Source of the DNA: Gemmatimonadales bacterium
GTDB lineage: Bacteria; Gemmatimonadota; Gemmatimonadetes; Gemmatimonadales; Gemmatimonadaceae
Assembly (NCBI GenBank): GCA_038227135.1
Contig: JBBRQC010000006.1
Location: 20,896 to 84,895, forward strand
Direction of reading: 5' to 3'
Length of the DNA stretch: 64,000 bases
Numbering within the stretch: the first letter of the stretch is position 1; each line of letters opens with the position of its first letter. The position numbers were made by a program, and so were the translations under genes. Under the pieces are notes generated by a model. The model did no database searches, was not told the origin of the DNA, and was given only the letters and a program-made list of their open reading frames with translations. This document shows, piece after piece, positions 29,801 to 40,082 of the stretch.

Positions 29801-30148
29801 GGTGGCAACGGTGCGCCGCGCCCGAGGGGACCGAGTGGACCGACGAAGCGCTTTAACGCCCTGGGTGTCCTCGAGGATGTGCCGGCGGGCGAAGAAGAAG
29901 GCACTGATGCGGCGCTCGACATCGGCCCGTCAGAGCCGCCCGAGCGTGGAGCGTCCGTTCGTCCGGAGCCGACTGTCCACGTCGGAGGAAAGAGCGCGCC
30001 GCTCAGCAAAGCGATGGCGCCTGTTCCTGTGCCTGGCGTTCCAGGAGGCGCAGGAAACGGAAAGGACTGGTCGAACGTGGGGCGGAATGATCCGTGTCCG
30101 TGTGGGTCTGGGAAGAAGTTCAAGAAGTGCCATGGAGCGACGCTCTAG
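26816..30148 (+). CDS. secA: preprotein translocase ATPase SecA (long form, 1110 aa)
   Basis: It has DEAD motor motifs ([47 protein letters not shown]), a long low-complexity C-terminal linker, and the zinc motif [14 protein letters not shown]. Confidence 0.97.
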   Translation: [1110 protein letters not shown]

Positions 30149-30167
30149 TCCTTTTGAGGGCGGGCCC

Positions 30168-31193
30168 GTGACAGCCGAGCGAATCGGCCCGGTCCGCTGG
30201 GGGATACTCGGCACCGCCAACATCGCGCTCAGGAAAGTCATCCCGGGGATGCTCAAGAGCCGGCTGGCCGAGGTAGTCGCGATTGCGTCGCGGGATATTG
30301 CCAAAGCGCGCGCAGCCGCCAAAGACTGGGGGATCTCCCGGGCGTATGGCTCGTACGAGGAGCTACTCGACGATCCCGATATCGAGGCGGTCTACAATCC
30401 TTTGCCCAATCACCTGCACGTGCCGTGGTCAATTCGCGCCGCCGAGCGGGGGAAGCATGTGCTGTGCGAGAAGCCGATTGCGTTGACTGCCAGCGAGGCG
30501 CGCGGTCTGCTCGATGCGCGCGACAGGACCGGCGTTCAGGTCGGCGAGGCGTTCATGGTCCGAACGCATCCGCAGTGGCTCAAAGTGAGAGAGATAGTCG
30601 CCTCCGGGAGGATTGGCGACCTGCGCCTGGTCGCCGGTCATTTCAGCTACTATCGGCGCGATCCCGGAGACATCCGCAGTCGTGTGGAATGGGGTGGCGG
30701 AGCACTGATGGACGTCGGCTGCTATCCGATAACTATCTCGCGATGGCTGTTCGGCGCCGAGCCGATAGAGGTCGTCGGATTGATCGACCGCGATCCCGAC
30801 ATGCAGATCGATCGGTTGACGTCGGGACTGCTTCGCTTCGAGAAAGGACAAGCCACGTTCAGCTGCGCCACGCAGCTCGTGCCGTACCAGACCATGCAGA
30901 TCTTCGGAACGGAGGGGCGAATTGCGGTCGAGATTCCCTTCAACGCTCCTCCGGGCGACGAGTGTCGGATTTTCGTGGACGACGGCAGCGACTTGGCCGG
31001 CGGTGGGATCGAGACGATCACGTTTCCGCCCGTGGATCAATACGCAGTGCAGGCAGATCGCTTTTCTGAGGCCATTCGTGGCCTGGGCAGCGTCCCCGTC
31101 TCCTTGGAGGATGCGATGGGAAACATGGCCGTGATCGACGCCATGTTTCGATCAGCGGTGTCGCGTACGTGGGAGCGGCCTGCCGCTCGGTAG
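30168..31193 (+). CDS. Gfo/Idh/MocA family oxidoreductase
   Basis: GTG 30168 gives VRWGILGTANIALRKVIPG and EKPIALT. The ORF-track start at 29784 runs through the secA 3' end in another frame, so it is not used. Confidence 0.85.
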   Translation: MTAERIGPVRWGILGTANIALRKVIPGMLKSRLAEVVAIASRDIAKARAAAKDWGISRAYGSYEELLDDPDIEAVYNPLPNHLHVPWSIRAAERGKHVLCEKPIALTASEARGLLDARDRTGVQVGEAFMVRTHPQWLKVREIVASGRIGDLRLVAGHFSYYRRDPGDIRSRVEWGGGALMDVGCYPITISRWLFGAEPIEVVGLIDRDPDMQIDRLTSGLLRFEKGQATFSCATQLVPYQTMQIFGTEGRIAVEIPFNAPPGDECRIFVDDGSDLAGGGIETITFPPVDQYAVQADRFSEAIRGLGSVPVSLEDAMGNMAVIDAMFRSAVSRTWERPAAR

Positions 31194-31370
31194 GCACCTA
31201 GGTCGAAGGGTTGTATAAATGCTTCGGAGAACCGCCAGATGCTTCGGATCCGCTCCAACAGCCGTTAAGGATCTTCGTCGCGGCACAAAGGCGATGACAG
31301 ATGGTCTACGGGGGTGGCGGCTACTCCACACATTCGAGCAATCCTCCCGTTTCAATGAAACGGAGATCGG

Positions 31371-32054
31371 ATGGCACTCACTATTCGCGAGCTTCCCACC
31401 GCCGAACGGCCTCGCGAGCGGCTGAGGACGCTCGGGGCGCAAGCTCTGAGCTCCAGCGAGCTGATCGCTATACTTCTAGGGAGCGGATCTCAGGGCCGGT
31501 CCGCGCTTGGAGTTGGCCAGGAAATACTCTCGACGTGCCGAGGATCGCTGAGGCTGCTTGCATCGCAGCCAGTGGCGACACTTAAGAGTGTGGGCGGCGT
31601 GGGAACGGCTCGTGCGGTTGGTATCCATGCCGCGCTGGAGTTGGGCAGGCGCATGGCCGCAGAAGAGCGGCAGGAAGGAGCCCCCGTGCGCTGGCCTCGG
31701 GATGTCTACGAGATCTTCGCCCAGCGACTGGAGGATCTTCCCGTCGAGGAGTTTCACGTTGCGGTGCTCGATTCGCAGCACCGACTCGAGCGCGACATCA
31801 CCGTAACTCGCGGGCTGCTCAATTCCTCGCTCGTTCACCCGCGCGAAGTCTTTCGGGAAGCGATCGCGGAGAGAGCGGCGGCCATCATTCTGGTTCACAA
31901 TCACCCGAGCGGAGATCCGACACCTTCGCCCGACGACAGGGTAGTAACCGAACAGCTCGTGCAGGCGGGCAAGGTACTCGACATACCGGTTCAGGACCAC
32001 GTTATTATCGGAAGAGGGCGGTACATAAGCTTCGCGGAGGCGGGACTGTTGTGA
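31371..32054 (+). CDS. radC: RadC-family JAB/MPN domain protein (UPF0758)
   Basis: It has an N-terminal LPTAERPRERL plus HhH (ELIAILLGSG), and a JAMM motif (LVHNHPSGDPTPSPDD). Confidence 0.9.
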   Translation: MALTIRELPTAERPRERLRTLGAQALSSSELIAILLGSGSQGRSALGVGQEILSTCRGSLRLLASQPVATLKSVGGVGTARAVGIHAALELGRRMAAEERQEGAPVRWPRDVYEIFAQRLEDLPVEEFHVAVLDSQHRLERDITVTRGLLNSSLVHPREVFREAIAERAAAIILVHNHPSGDPTPSPDDRVVTEQLVQAGKVLDIPVQDHVIIGRGRYISFAEAGLL

Positions 32055-34246
32055 CTGCAGGCGCGGTGAAGGAAAAAGACACGATTCCGGAGTGGATAAA
32101 GGAGGGCCTGCCCGAGAAAATCGACCAGGACCTGCTCGTGCGCGCCTATCGCTTCAGCGAGCACGCGCACGAAGGGCAGAAACGGCTCTCCGGTGAGAAC
32201 TTTGTTTCCCATTGCGTCGAAGTCGCGAAGATCCTGGTGGACCTGCAGCTGGATTCGGTGACCGTCGCCAGCGGACTCATCCACGATGTGGTGGAGGATA
32301 CCTCAGTCACCGTCGAGGACATCGAGGCGGAATTCGGAAAGGAGATCGCCGAGATAGTGGACGGGCTGACGAAAATCGGGCATCTCCCGCTAAACTCGTC
32401 GCAGGAAAGGCAGGTAGAGAACTACCGCAAGCTGCTGTTGTCGATCGCCAAGGATGCGCGGATAATCCTGATCAAGCTCGCCGATCGGCTCCACAACATG
32501 CGTACGCTGGAGTTCCTTCCGCCGGATCGCCAGAAGCGGATTGCCCAGGAGACGCGCGACCTCTACGCGCCTCTGGCCCACAGGTTCGGAATGGCTCGGG
32601 TGCGGTGGGAGCTGGAGGATCTGGCGTTCAAGCACCTCGAGCCTGCAGAGTACAAGGTGCTTGCCAAGAAAGTCGCGACGCGTCGCACCGAGCGCGAAAA
32701 ATCCATCGCATTGCTGAAGGAGCCGCTCGAGACCCATTTGAAAAAGGCCGGCATTGCCAACGTGGAAGTCAGCGGACGGCCCAAGCACCTCTGGTCGATC
32801 TACAAGAAGATGAAGAAGTGGGACAAGCCCTACGAGGAGATCTACGATCTTCTCGCGACTCGTGTTACGGTGAATACCGTTCCCGACTGCTACCACGCGC
32901 TCGGCATCATCCACGACCAGTTCACTCCGCTGCAGGAGCGGATCAAGGACTACATCGCGCAGCCGAAGTCGAACGGCTATCAGTCGTTGCACACCACCGT
33001 CTTCGGGCCGAACCGTCAGCTGTTCGAGATCCAGATTCGCACGCGTGAGATGCACCGCACGGCGGAATACGGGATCGCGGCGCACTGGCGCTTCAAGGAG
33101 AACGCGAAGAGCGCCGACGAGCTGGATCGTGCGCTGCAGTGGTTCCGGCAGGTGCTGGAGCTCCAGCTCGACGCCAAGACCCCCGATGAGTTCCTCGAAT
33201 TTCTGAAGCTCGATCTGTATCAGGACGAGATCTTCGTCTTCACCCCTACCGGCGACGTGATCCAGCTGCCGAAGGGAGCAACCCCGATCGATTTCGCCTT
33301 CGCGGTTCACACCGAAGTGGGATTGCACTGCCAGGGAGCGCGGATCAACGGGCGGATCGCCAGTCTCGCGCGCGAGCTCAAGAACTCCGAGACCGTCGAG
33401 ATCATCACGTCTCCGACGGCCAAGCCGAGCAGAGACTGGCTGGCGCACGTCAGGACCGGCAGGGCGCGTCACAAGATCCGACAGCGGCTCCGCATCGAGG
33501 AGCACAACACCTCGATCAAGCTCGGCCGGGAGATTTTCGACCGTGAGATCAAGCGCCGCCGGCTGGCCAAGCCGGAGGATTCGGACCTGCTGCGGGTGGC
33601 GAAGACGCTCCACCTCACCGATCTGAATCACCTGATCGCATCTATTGGTCAGGGCGACGTCAACGTTTCGCAGGTGCTCAAGGATCTTTATCCGGACATC
33701 GAGCCAACCGCTGAAGCCGCCAAGTCCGGTCCGCTCGACTGGCTGGTAGACAGAGTCCGCGGTGCTCCGAAGGGCGTTCGGATCCAGGGTGTGGACGGGA
33801 TGATGATCCGCTACGCCCAGTGTTGTCAGCCGGTGCCGGGAGACCCCGTTGTGGGGTATGTAACAAAGGGCAGGGGCGTGAGCATTCACCGGTCGGATTG
33901 TCCGAACCTGCTGATGCTCGTTCAGGAGCCGGAACGGCGCATCGATATAGATTGGAAGGAGCTGGAAGGCGAGAAATTCATGGTCCGACTGGCGCTCGAA
34001 GCAACCGACAGACGCGGACTTTACGCCGACCTGGCTACAGCCGTATCAGCGACGGGCACCGACATCAGGAGCTTCGAGCTGAATAGCGCCGATGGCCACG
34101 TGATTGGGGAGCTCGCCGTGGAAGTCGGCAACCTTGCACACCTTCAAAAAATTCTCAAGGCAGCCAGACGCGTGAAAGGCGTGACAGAGGTCGCGCGGCG
34201 CGAGCGGCTTGCCGGCGATACCAGGAATGGCGAAAGCAGTATTTGA
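32051..34246 (+). CDS. bifunctional (p)ppGpp synthetase/hydrolase (RelA/SpoT homolog)
   Basis: It has an HD domain ([19 protein letters not shown]), a synthetase domain (GYQSLHTTV), and TGS and ACT-like C-terminal domains. Its GTG overlaps the radC stop. Confidence 0.95.
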   Translation: MTAGAVKEKDTIPEWIKEGLPEKIDQDLLVRAYRFSEHAHEGQKRLSGENFVSHCVEVAKILVDLQLDSVTVASGLIHDVVEDTSVTVEDIEAEFGKEIAEIVDGLTKIGHLPLNSSQERQVENYRKLLLSIAKDARIILIKLADRLHNMRTLEFLPPDRQKRIAQETRDLYAPLAHRFGMARVRWELEDLAFKHLEPAEYKVLAKKVATRRTEREKSIALLKEPLETHLKKAGIANVEVSGRPKHLWSIYKKMKKWDKPYEEIYDLLATRVTVNTVPDCYHALGIIHDQFTPLQERIKDYIAQPKSNGYQSLHTTVFGPNRQLFEIQIRTREMHRTAEYGIAAHWRFKENAKSADELDRALQWFRQVLELQLDAKTPDEFLEFLKLDLYQDEIFVFTPTGDVIQLPKGATPIDFAFAVHTEVGLHCQGARINGRIASLARELKNSETVEIITSPTAKPSRDWLAHVRTGRARHKIRQRLRIEEHNTSIKLGREIFDREIKRRRLAKPEDSDLLRVAKTLHLTDLNHLIASIGQGDVNVSQVLKDLYPDIEPTAEAAKSGPLDWLVDRVRGAPKGVRIQGVDGMMIRYAQCCQPVPGDPVVGYVTKGRGVSIHRSDCPNLLMLVQEPERRIDIDWKELEGEKFMVRLALEATDRRGLYADLATAVSATGTDIRSFELNSADGHVIGELAVEVGNLAHLQKILKAARRVKGVTEVARRERLAGDTRNGESSI

Positions 34247-36284
34247 CCTCCAGGCTCCATTCGAGCCGGCGGGTGATCAACCGAAGGCAATCGCGGAGCT
34301 GACGCGGGGACTGGAGCGCGGGGACCGCTTCCAGACGCTTCTCGGCGTGACCGGATCCGGAAAGACGATGACCGTCGCAAACGTCATCAGGAATTTCGGG
34401 CGGCCGACGCTCGTCCTGTCGCACAACAAGACACTGGCGGCTCAGCTCTATGGAGAAATAAAGAGCTTCTTCCCGCACAATGCAGTCGAGTACTTCATCT
34501 CGTACTACGACTACTACCAGCCGGAGGCGTACGTGCCGACGACGGACACGTACATCGAGAAGGACGCTTCGATCAACGAAGACATCGATCGCCTGCGCCT
34601 TCGCGCTACGTCGAGCCTCATGGAGCGGAGTGACGTCATCATCGTCGCCACGGTGTCGGCGATTTACGGACTCGGAGATCCGCGCAGCTACCGGGAGCAG
34701 ATGGTGACGCTAACCCGGGGCCAGAAGATCCCGCGCGACGACATTCTCAGGTCGCTGGTGAAGGTCCAGTATTCCCGCAACGACATGGGCCTCGAGCGCG
34801 GGACGTTCCGCGTGCGCGGGGACACAGTCGAGATTCTTCCCGCGTACGAGGAGCAGGGCGTTCGCGTCGAGATGTGGGGAGACGAGATCGAGCGGATCAG
34901 CAAGATCAATCCTCTGACGGGGGATACGATCGCCAACCTGGAGAAGGCGGCGATTTATCCGGCCAAGCATTTCGTGACGTCGCGTCCGACGATCGAGCGC
35001 GCCGTCGGGCTCATCCGCGACGAGCTGGCCACGCGGTTGACGGAGCTTCGCAACTCGGGCAAGCTGCTCGAGGCGCAGCGGCTCGAGTCACGGACGAACT
35101 TCGACATCGAGATGATGCTCGAGATCGGCACCTGCGCCGGCATCGAGAACTACTCGCGGCATCTCTCCGGACGGGCGGAGGGAGAGCGACCGGCGTGCCT
35201 CTTCGACTACTTCCCCGAGGATTTCCTCGTCGTCGTCGACGAGTCGCACGTGACGCTACCGCAGATCGGCGGAATGTTCAACGGGGATCGCGCGCGGAAG
35301 CTCACGCTCGTCGACTACGGATTCCGCCTGCCGAGCGCGCTGGACAACCGTCCGCTGATGTTCGACGAGTTCCTGTCGCTGACGCCGCGCGCGCTCAACA
35401 TCACGGCGACGCCGGGAGAAATCGAGCTGCGCCTTTCCGAGGGCGCCATTGTCGAGCAGATCATTCGGCCGACTGGCCTCGTCGATCCGGAAATCGAAGT
35501 GCGTCCGGTGCGCGGTCAGGTGGACGACCTGCTCAACGAGATTCGCATCCGCGAGCGGAGAGGCGAGCGGGTGCTCGTCACGACTCTCACCAAGAGGATG
35601 GCGGAAGATCTCGCCGACTACCTGCAGCAGATGGGTGTACGGGTTCGCTACATGCACGCCGACATCGACGCGATCGAGCGCATGGAAATCATCCGCGGTC
35701 TTCGGCTCGGCGAGTTCGACGTGCTGGTTGGTATCAACCTGCTGCGCGAGGGACTCGACCTTCCGGAGGTCTCGCTCGTTGCGATCCTCGATGCCGATCA
35801 GGAAGGATTCCTGCGCAGCGATCGGTCACTGATACAAACCGTGGGAAGGGCGGCGCGGCATCTCAGCGGCAGGGCGATCTTCTACGCGGACAAGATGACC
35901 GGCTCGATGCAGCGGTGCATGGACGAGACCAGCCGGCGCCGGGTAATTCAGACCGCATACAACCTCGAGCACGGAATCACGCCGGTGAGCGTGAAGAAGA
36001 GTGTGGATCAGGTCAGATTCACGACGCGGGTGGCTGACTCGCGACTGGATCGCGATGAGAGGGAGAAGGAGAAGGTGCGTCGCGTCGCAGAATCGGGCTC
36101 CCACTATGGAGCGGACAACCTTCCCGCGCTCATCGCCGATCTCGAGAAGCAGATGCGCGAGGCCGCTGCGAATCTCGACTTCGAGACGGCGGCGCGGCTG
36201 CGCGATGAGCTGTTCGAGGTGAAGGCAAAGGCGGGGCGCGAGGAGAGAAGTCGGGGATCGCTGGCGGGCCTTCACGGCCGTTAG
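34227..36284 (+). CDS. uvrB: excinuclease ABC subunit B
   Basis: It begins [36 protein letters not shown], and a C-terminal UVR domain ([12 protein letters not shown]) are present. It overlaps the relA/spoT 3' end. TTG 34209 is an alternative start. Confidence 0.96.
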   Translation: MAKAVFDLQAPFEPAGDQPKAIAELTRGLERGDRFQTLLGVTGSGKTMTVANVIRNFGRPTLVLSHNKTLAAQLYGEIKSFFPHNAVEYFISYYDYYQPEAYVPTTDTYIEKDASINEDIDRLRLRATSSLMERSDVIIVATVSAIYGLGDPRSYREQMVTLTRGQKIPRDDILRSLVKVQYSRNDMGLERGTFRVRGDTVEILPAYEEQGVRVEMWGDEIERISKINPLTGDTIANLEKAAIYPAKHFVTSRPTIERAVGLIRDELATRLTELRNSGKLLEAQRLESRTNFDIEMMLEIGTCAGIENYSRHLSGRAEGERPACLFDYFPEDFLVVVDESHVTLPQIGGMFNGDRARKLTLVDYGFRLPSALDNRPLMFDEFLSLTPRALNITATPGEIELRLSEGAIVEQIIRPTGLVDPEIEVRPVRGQVDDLLNEIRIRERRGERVLVTTLTKRMAEDLADYLQQMGVRVRYMHADIDAIERMEIIRGLRLGEFDVLVGINLLREGLDLPEVSLVAILDADQEGFLRSDRSLIQTVGRAARHLSGRAIFYADKMTGSMQRCMDETSRRRVIQTAYNLEHGITPVSVKKSVDQVRFTTRVADSRLDRDEREKEKVRRVAESGSHYGADNLPALIADLEKQMREAAANLDFETAARLRDELFEVKAKAGREERSRGSLAGLHGR

Positions 36285-36286
36285 CA

Positions 36287-36742
36287 ATGCCAGCCCACAG
36301 GCACCTTGTCCCGCCGCTCGCTGAGAGAGGACACCTCAAGCTCACCGAAGACGAGCTGCGCGAGTGGGGTCAGAACCTCGGCCGATCGATCAATCCGCCG
36401 CTGATTATCACACTAACCGGAGAGCTGGGCGCGGGCAAAACGACGCTCGCGCAGGCGATCTGTCTCGGATACGGAGTTCCCGATCCCATCACCAGCCCGA
36501 CCTACGCGCTCGTCCAGGAATATTCCGCGCCACGTTCGGCGGTGTTTCACATCGATCTCTACCGCGTGGAGTCGCCCGAGCAGCTCACGAATCTCGGCTG
36601 GGACGACATCCTCGACTCGCGGGCACTGATTCTGGTGGAATGGCCTGAGCGCGCGGGTGGGCGACTGCCGGAAGATCATCTGCCGATCGACATCGACTAC
36701 ATCGACGGAGACCCGACTCGTCGGATTCTTCTCGCCGGGTGA
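36287..36742 (+). CDS. tsaE: tRNA t6A37 biosynthesis ATPase TsaE
   Basis: It has LTGELGAGKTTLAQ, SPTYALVQEY, and HIDLYR motifs. Confidence 0.9.
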   Translation: MPAHRHLVPPLAERGHLKLTEDELREWGQNLGRSINPPLIITLTGELGAGKTTLAQAICLGYGVPDPITSPTYALVQEYSAPRSAVFHIDLYRVESPEQLTNLGWDDILDSRALILVEWPERAGGRLPEDHLPIDIDYIDGDPTRRILLAG

Positions 36743-36755
36743 GAGTCGCAGGGGC

Positions 36756-37445
36756 ATGACGCGTTCCTACACGATTGCACTCGACGGATCCACGTATCAG
36801 GGGAGCGTCGCGGTCATTCGCGACGATCAGGTTGTGGCCGAGCGTACTCTGGGCGGGGAGGACGGCGGAACTCTGCGCGCGGGAAGGGGAGACGCCCTGA
36901 TGCCAGCAATTGCCGAATGTCTGAGCGAGGCTGGGATCAATCGCGGCGCGATCGCGCGGATCGTGTGCGGGGCGGGACCAGGCAGCTTCACGAGTCTGCG
37001 TGTGGCCGGCTCGCTTGCGAAGGGCCTCGCCGCGGGGTACGGAGTTGAGCTCTACGCCGTTTCGTCGCTCATTCTGACTATCGCCGGTGCTCGACCGCCC
37101 CTACCCGCGGGAAAATATCTTTCCGTCCTCGACGCGATGCGCGGTGAATACTTTGCCGCCCGGGTTACGCTGCAATCGGATCAAACGGTAATTCAATCGG
37201 AGGCGACAACCTTGATCAGCGCGGCGGAGCTCGGGGAGATGGGCGGGCGCGAGCCACTTGTTCGCGTCGTGGGGCCAGCTCAGGGCCTCGATTTCCGTCC
37301 GCACGCGAGGGGCGTCGCCCCTCTGCTCAAATCCCTGGTCGGTGACGGCCCGGTCGATCTCGCTTCGTGGGAGCCGAACTACGGCCGGCTGTCGGAGGCG
37401 CAGGTGCGGTGGGAGGCGGCGCACGGGCGTCCCCTTCAGGCATGA
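36756..37445 (+). CDS. tsaB: tRNA t6A37 biosynthesis protein TsaB (YeaZ)
   Basis: ATG 36756 gives IALDGSTYQGSVAV and GAGPGSFTSLRVAGSLAKGLA. The ORF-track start at 36657 overlaps tsaE. Confidence 0.85.
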   Translation: MTRSYTIALDGSTYQGSVAVIRDDQVVAERTLGGEDGGTLRAGRGDALMPAIAECLSEAGINRGAIARIVCGAGPGSFTSLRVAGSLAKGLAAGYGVELYAVSSLILTIAGARPPLPAGKYLSVLDAMRGEYFAARVTLQSDQTVIQSEATTLISAAELGEMGGREPLVRVVGPAQGLDFRPHARGVAPLLKSLVGDGPVDLASWEPNYGRLSEAQVRWEAAHGRPLQA

Positions 37446-37939
37446 CCGCTTTCCTCCGGCCGGCGATCGAGACCGACCTCAGCTACGTCGCCCAGATCGA
37501 GAAGTCCTCCTTCGCCGACCCCTGGAGCGTGCAATCATTCCGGCGTCTCCTTGGCGTTGCACCCGCTATCTTTCTCGTAGCACTTTGTCCACCGGATCAG
37601 GCCATCGCAGGATATGTGGTCGCGTTCGCGGTTGAGGAGGACGGCGAGCTGCTGAACGTTGCGGTAGACGCGAAGTTCCGTGGACAAGGTCTGGCGGGAC
37701 AGATGCTGGACGCGGTGCTGATCGAGCTGGGCGCGCGAGGCGTTCGCGCCGCGTTTCTCGAGGTCCGCGAATCCAACAGCGCCGCGCGCGCGCTTTACGA
37801 GTCACGGGCATTCGTCGAGATCGGACGAAGATCGAGGTATTACCGTAGCCCGGTCGAGGATGCGCTGGTGTTGAGAAGAACTCTCGAGGTCGCCGAGGGC
37901 GACAGCAGGAGAGCGCAGGGCAGTTTTGCTGATCGTTGA
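37442..37939 (+). CDS. rimI: ribosomal-protein-alanine N-acetyltransferase (GNAT)
   Basis: Its ATG overlaps the tsaB stop (ATGA). IEKSSFADPWS and the acetyl-CoA motif FRGQGLAGQML are present. The tsaE-tsaB-rimI context supports the call. Confidence 0.85.
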   Translation: MTAFLRPAIETDLSYVAQIEKSSFADPWSVQSFRRLLGVAPAIFLVALCPPDQAIAGYVVAFAVEEDGELLNVAVDAKFRGQGLAGQMLDAVLIELGARGVRAAFLEVRESNSAARALYESRAFVEIGRRSRYYRSPVEDALVLRRTLEVAEGDSRRAQGSFADR

Positions 37940-37949
37940 AATCGTTGGT

Positions 37950-37978
37950 TTGCCCGGGCCCTGAGCCCTACCTATACT
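37950..37978 (+). promoter_or_regulatory. candidate sigma70-type promoter for ssb (TTGCCC-17 nt-TATACT)
   Basis: The hexamers and spacer were read directly from the sequence. An AGGAGG SD follows at about 38004, ahead of the GTG at 38016. Confidence 0.4.
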
Positions 37979-38015
37979 ATTCTGGGCGGGAACCGAACTC
38001 TCGCCAGGAGGCACA

Positions 38016-38516
38016 GTGAGTCGAAGTCTGAACAAAGTCATGCTGATCGGAAACCTGGGCAGCGATCCGGAAGTCCGATCGACAACGGGTGGCGGCAGGG
38101 TCGCGACGTTTTCGGTCGCGACGAGCCGGCAGTGGAATTCGCCGAATGGTGAGAAGCAGGAGAAGACCGAGTGGCACCGGTGCGTGGTCTGGAACAGCAA
38201 AGCGTCCACCCTCGCCGACGTCGTCGAGAAATATTGCAAGAAGGGCGACAGGATCTACGTCGAAGGACGCATCGAGTACCGCCAGTGGCAGGACAAGGAA
38301 AACCAGACCCGCTACAGCACAGAGATCAACGTGCGCGAGCTTGTGATGCTGGGCGGTGGTAAGGGTGGCGGCGGTGACTTCGACGGTGAGAGCTCGGGGA
38401 GAAGTCGCGCTCCGGCCGCCGCGGGTGCCAAGACATCGGGCGGCACGACCGGCGCGGGCGATTTCGAGGATTTCCCTGGCGCCCTGCAGGACACCGACGA
38501 CGACTTGCCGTTCTAA
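38016..38516 (+). CDS. ssb: single-stranded DNA-binding protein
   Basis: It has an OB fold (LNKVMLIGNLGSDPEVR...TEWHRCVVW), a Gly-rich linker and an acidic tip (DDDLPF). Confidence 0.96.
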   Translation: MSRSLNKVMLIGNLGSDPEVRSTTGGGRVATFSVATSRQWNSPNGEKQEKTEWHRCVVWNSKASTLADVVEKYCKKGDRIYVEGRIEYRQWQDKENQTRYSTEINVRELVMLGGGKGGGGDFDGESSGRSRAPAAAGAKTSGGTTGAGDFEDFPGALQDTDDDLPF

Positions 38517-38541
38517 CCGCGCAGGATTTGAAATGGTCTGA

Positions 38542-38567
38542 GCGGCCCCGCGTTGCGGGGCCGCTTT
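38542..38567 (+). terminator. GC-rich hairpin terminator after ssb
   Basis: GCGGCCCCGC-GTT-GCGGGGCCGC is followed by a short TTT run. Confidence 0.5.
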
Positions 38568-38684
38568 GGCTATCTGGAAGGCGGAGCAGGGAGCCGTCAC
38601 CCTCCAGTTGACGGCGGTTCAGCTCCCGTACAAGGGTCAGGCGTGACCTTAGGCCTGTCCTTTCCGTCCAATGGGTGACCCGCC

Positions 38685-39968
38685 ATGCGGGCGTCTTACC
38701 CATCCGACAAGTTCCGGGAGCACGAAGTGATCGGTCAATTCCTTAAGGCAACGTCAACAACCGCAAGCAGATCGGGCGCTCGCGCCTCCATTGTTTGCGC
38801 GGCACTGCTCCTGTGCGGCGCGACGAGGACCGCGGTCGCTCAAGACAAACCCGCCGCCCCCGAGACCGTTCGTGCGGACACAGTCACCCGGATGCTCGTG
38901 GTCTCCGACACGACGAAGGAAGTCAAGCACACCGTCAAGAAGGGCGACACTCTCTGGGATTTGGCGAAGTTCTACCTCAAGGATCCGTTCCGGTGGCCTG
39001 AGATCTTCCGCCGCAACACCGATGTCGTAAAGAACCCGCATTGGATTTACCCCGGCGAAGTCATTCGCATCTGGGGCACGGAAGTGAAGACGGAAGCACT
39101 TGCGCATGCCGACAGCGCTGGCGAAGTCGTGTCGCACGTCGTCACTCGCCCCGTTCCCCAGCAGCCGCAACAGACCACCACCGCAGCCAGCGGCTCGGAT
39201 CTGACGGTTTTTGCGTCTCCCTTGAGCCGCGCTGCCGCATCGATATCCGCTGAAGTAACGGGCCGCAGCCGCGGTGGGTCGGTTCGTCCTGGCGAAGTCC
39301 AGGCCGCGCCGTACGCCGATCGCGATGGAGGCCCCAGGGACGCCGGCCGAGTCGTAGCCAGCGCCGACCGGCCGGGCATCAAGACCAGCATCGTACGGTC
39401 CAAGTATCAGCTGAACGACGCTCTCTATGTCGGGCTCCCCAAAGGATCCATCGCGCGTCTTGGCGATACTTACATGTCCTACGTGCTCGGCCCGGACCTC
39501 GGTGATTTCGGACAGGTCGTGATTCCAACCGGGATTCTCCGCATTGAGAGCATCGCTTCCGGTCAGCGGGCGCTCGCGCGGATCGTTCGCCAGTATGGAG
39601 AGGTCGAGCTCGACCAACGGTTGACCACTGTCCCGGACATCACTTTCCCCACCGGATCGCTTTCTGCCGTTGCGGGAGGGGTCAGGGGAACGGTGATCTA
39701 CGTGCACGAAGAGCCGGTGCTTCCTTCGATCGGCCACTACGTACTGATATCTCCCAACGCCAAGAACGGCGTGAAGGTCGGCGACGAGATCACGTTCATC
39801 GACAATTCCGTCGGAATGGATAATGAGACCGCGGCACCACCTGTTGTGGCAGCCATCGGCCAGGTTGTGCGCGTGACTCCGTACGCCACGAGCGTGATCA
39901 TCATCCGGCAGCAGCAGCCTACGATCCACGAAGGAATGTCGGTCCGGCTGACGGGCACAACACCATAG
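38685..39968 (+). CDS. LysM domain-containing secreted protein
   Basis: It has a signal-like segment ([18 protein letters not shown]) and a LysM motif ([30 protein letters not shown]...IYPGEVIRI). I recognise nothing in the rest, and the start codon is uncertain. Confidence 0.7.
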   Translation: MRASYPSDKFREHEVIGQFLKATSTTASRSGARASIVCAALLLCGATRTAVAQDKPAAPETVRADTVTRMLVVSDTTKEVKHTVKKGDTLWDLAKFYLKDPFRWPEIFRRNTDVVKNPHWIYPGEVIRIWGTEVKTEALAHADSAGEVVSHVVTRPVPQQPQQTTTAASGSDLTVFASPLSRAAASISAEVTGRSRGGSVRPGEVQAAPYADRDGGPRDAGRVVASADRPGIKTSIVRSKYQLNDALYVGLPKGSIARLGDTYMSYVLGPDLGDFGQVVIPTGILRIESIASGQRALARIVRQYGEVELDQRLTTVPDITFPTGSLSAVAGGVRGTVIYVHEEPVLPSIGHYVLISPNAKNGVKVGDEITFIDNSVGMDNETAAPPVVAAIGQVVRVTPYATSVIIIRQQQPTIHEGMSVRLTGTTP

Positions 39969-40082
39969 GGTACGAGCCACACGTCGCCTGAGTCGCAACG
40001 CTTGCGACCGAGGCGTGTCAGGCGAGTGGTGCGCCGGTAAAGTGCCCTAAAAGGGCGCCAGGGAATTAAATTAGAGCGATCA

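Noticed and set aside
29784-30167. N-terminal 128 codons of the ORF-track entry 29784-31193, overlapping the secA 3' end.
   Set aside because: This part is Arg/Ser-rich low-complexity sequence in another frame of secA. The Gfo/Idh/MocA Rossmann motif begins right after GTG 30168, which lies downstream of the secA stop.
31200-31370. 178-nt spacer upstream of radC with a duplicated ATGCTTCGGA decamer and a TGTATAAAT extended -10-like site. Two short ORFs are also present (31219-31425 and 31301-31585).
   Set aside because: The decamer duplication is short enough to be chance. The ORFs overlap the confident radC start and have no motifs. The promoter guess lacks a -35 element, so it is not listed.
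34874-36037. 387-aa + strand ORF in an alternate frame of uvrB. Similar cases are 32212-33048 inside rel, 21778-22686 inside the aminotransferase gene, 30425-31069, 40454-40885, 42644-42811, and 60107-61246.
   Set aside because: They are alternate-frame read-throughs of real genes with Arg-rich nonsense translations. For 40454, 42644, 36657, 37367, 43690, 46850, and 19846, the true gene start is an internal codon just after the upstream gene's stop.
38570-38660. GGAAGGCGGAGCAGG and GGTCAGG motifs downstream of ssb that recall the conserved domain IV of SRP (4.5S) RNA.
   Set aside because: The motif order is wrong: GGUCAGG should precede the GGAA loop and the AGCAGC strand. No complementary 5'/3' closing helix is apparent on either strand.
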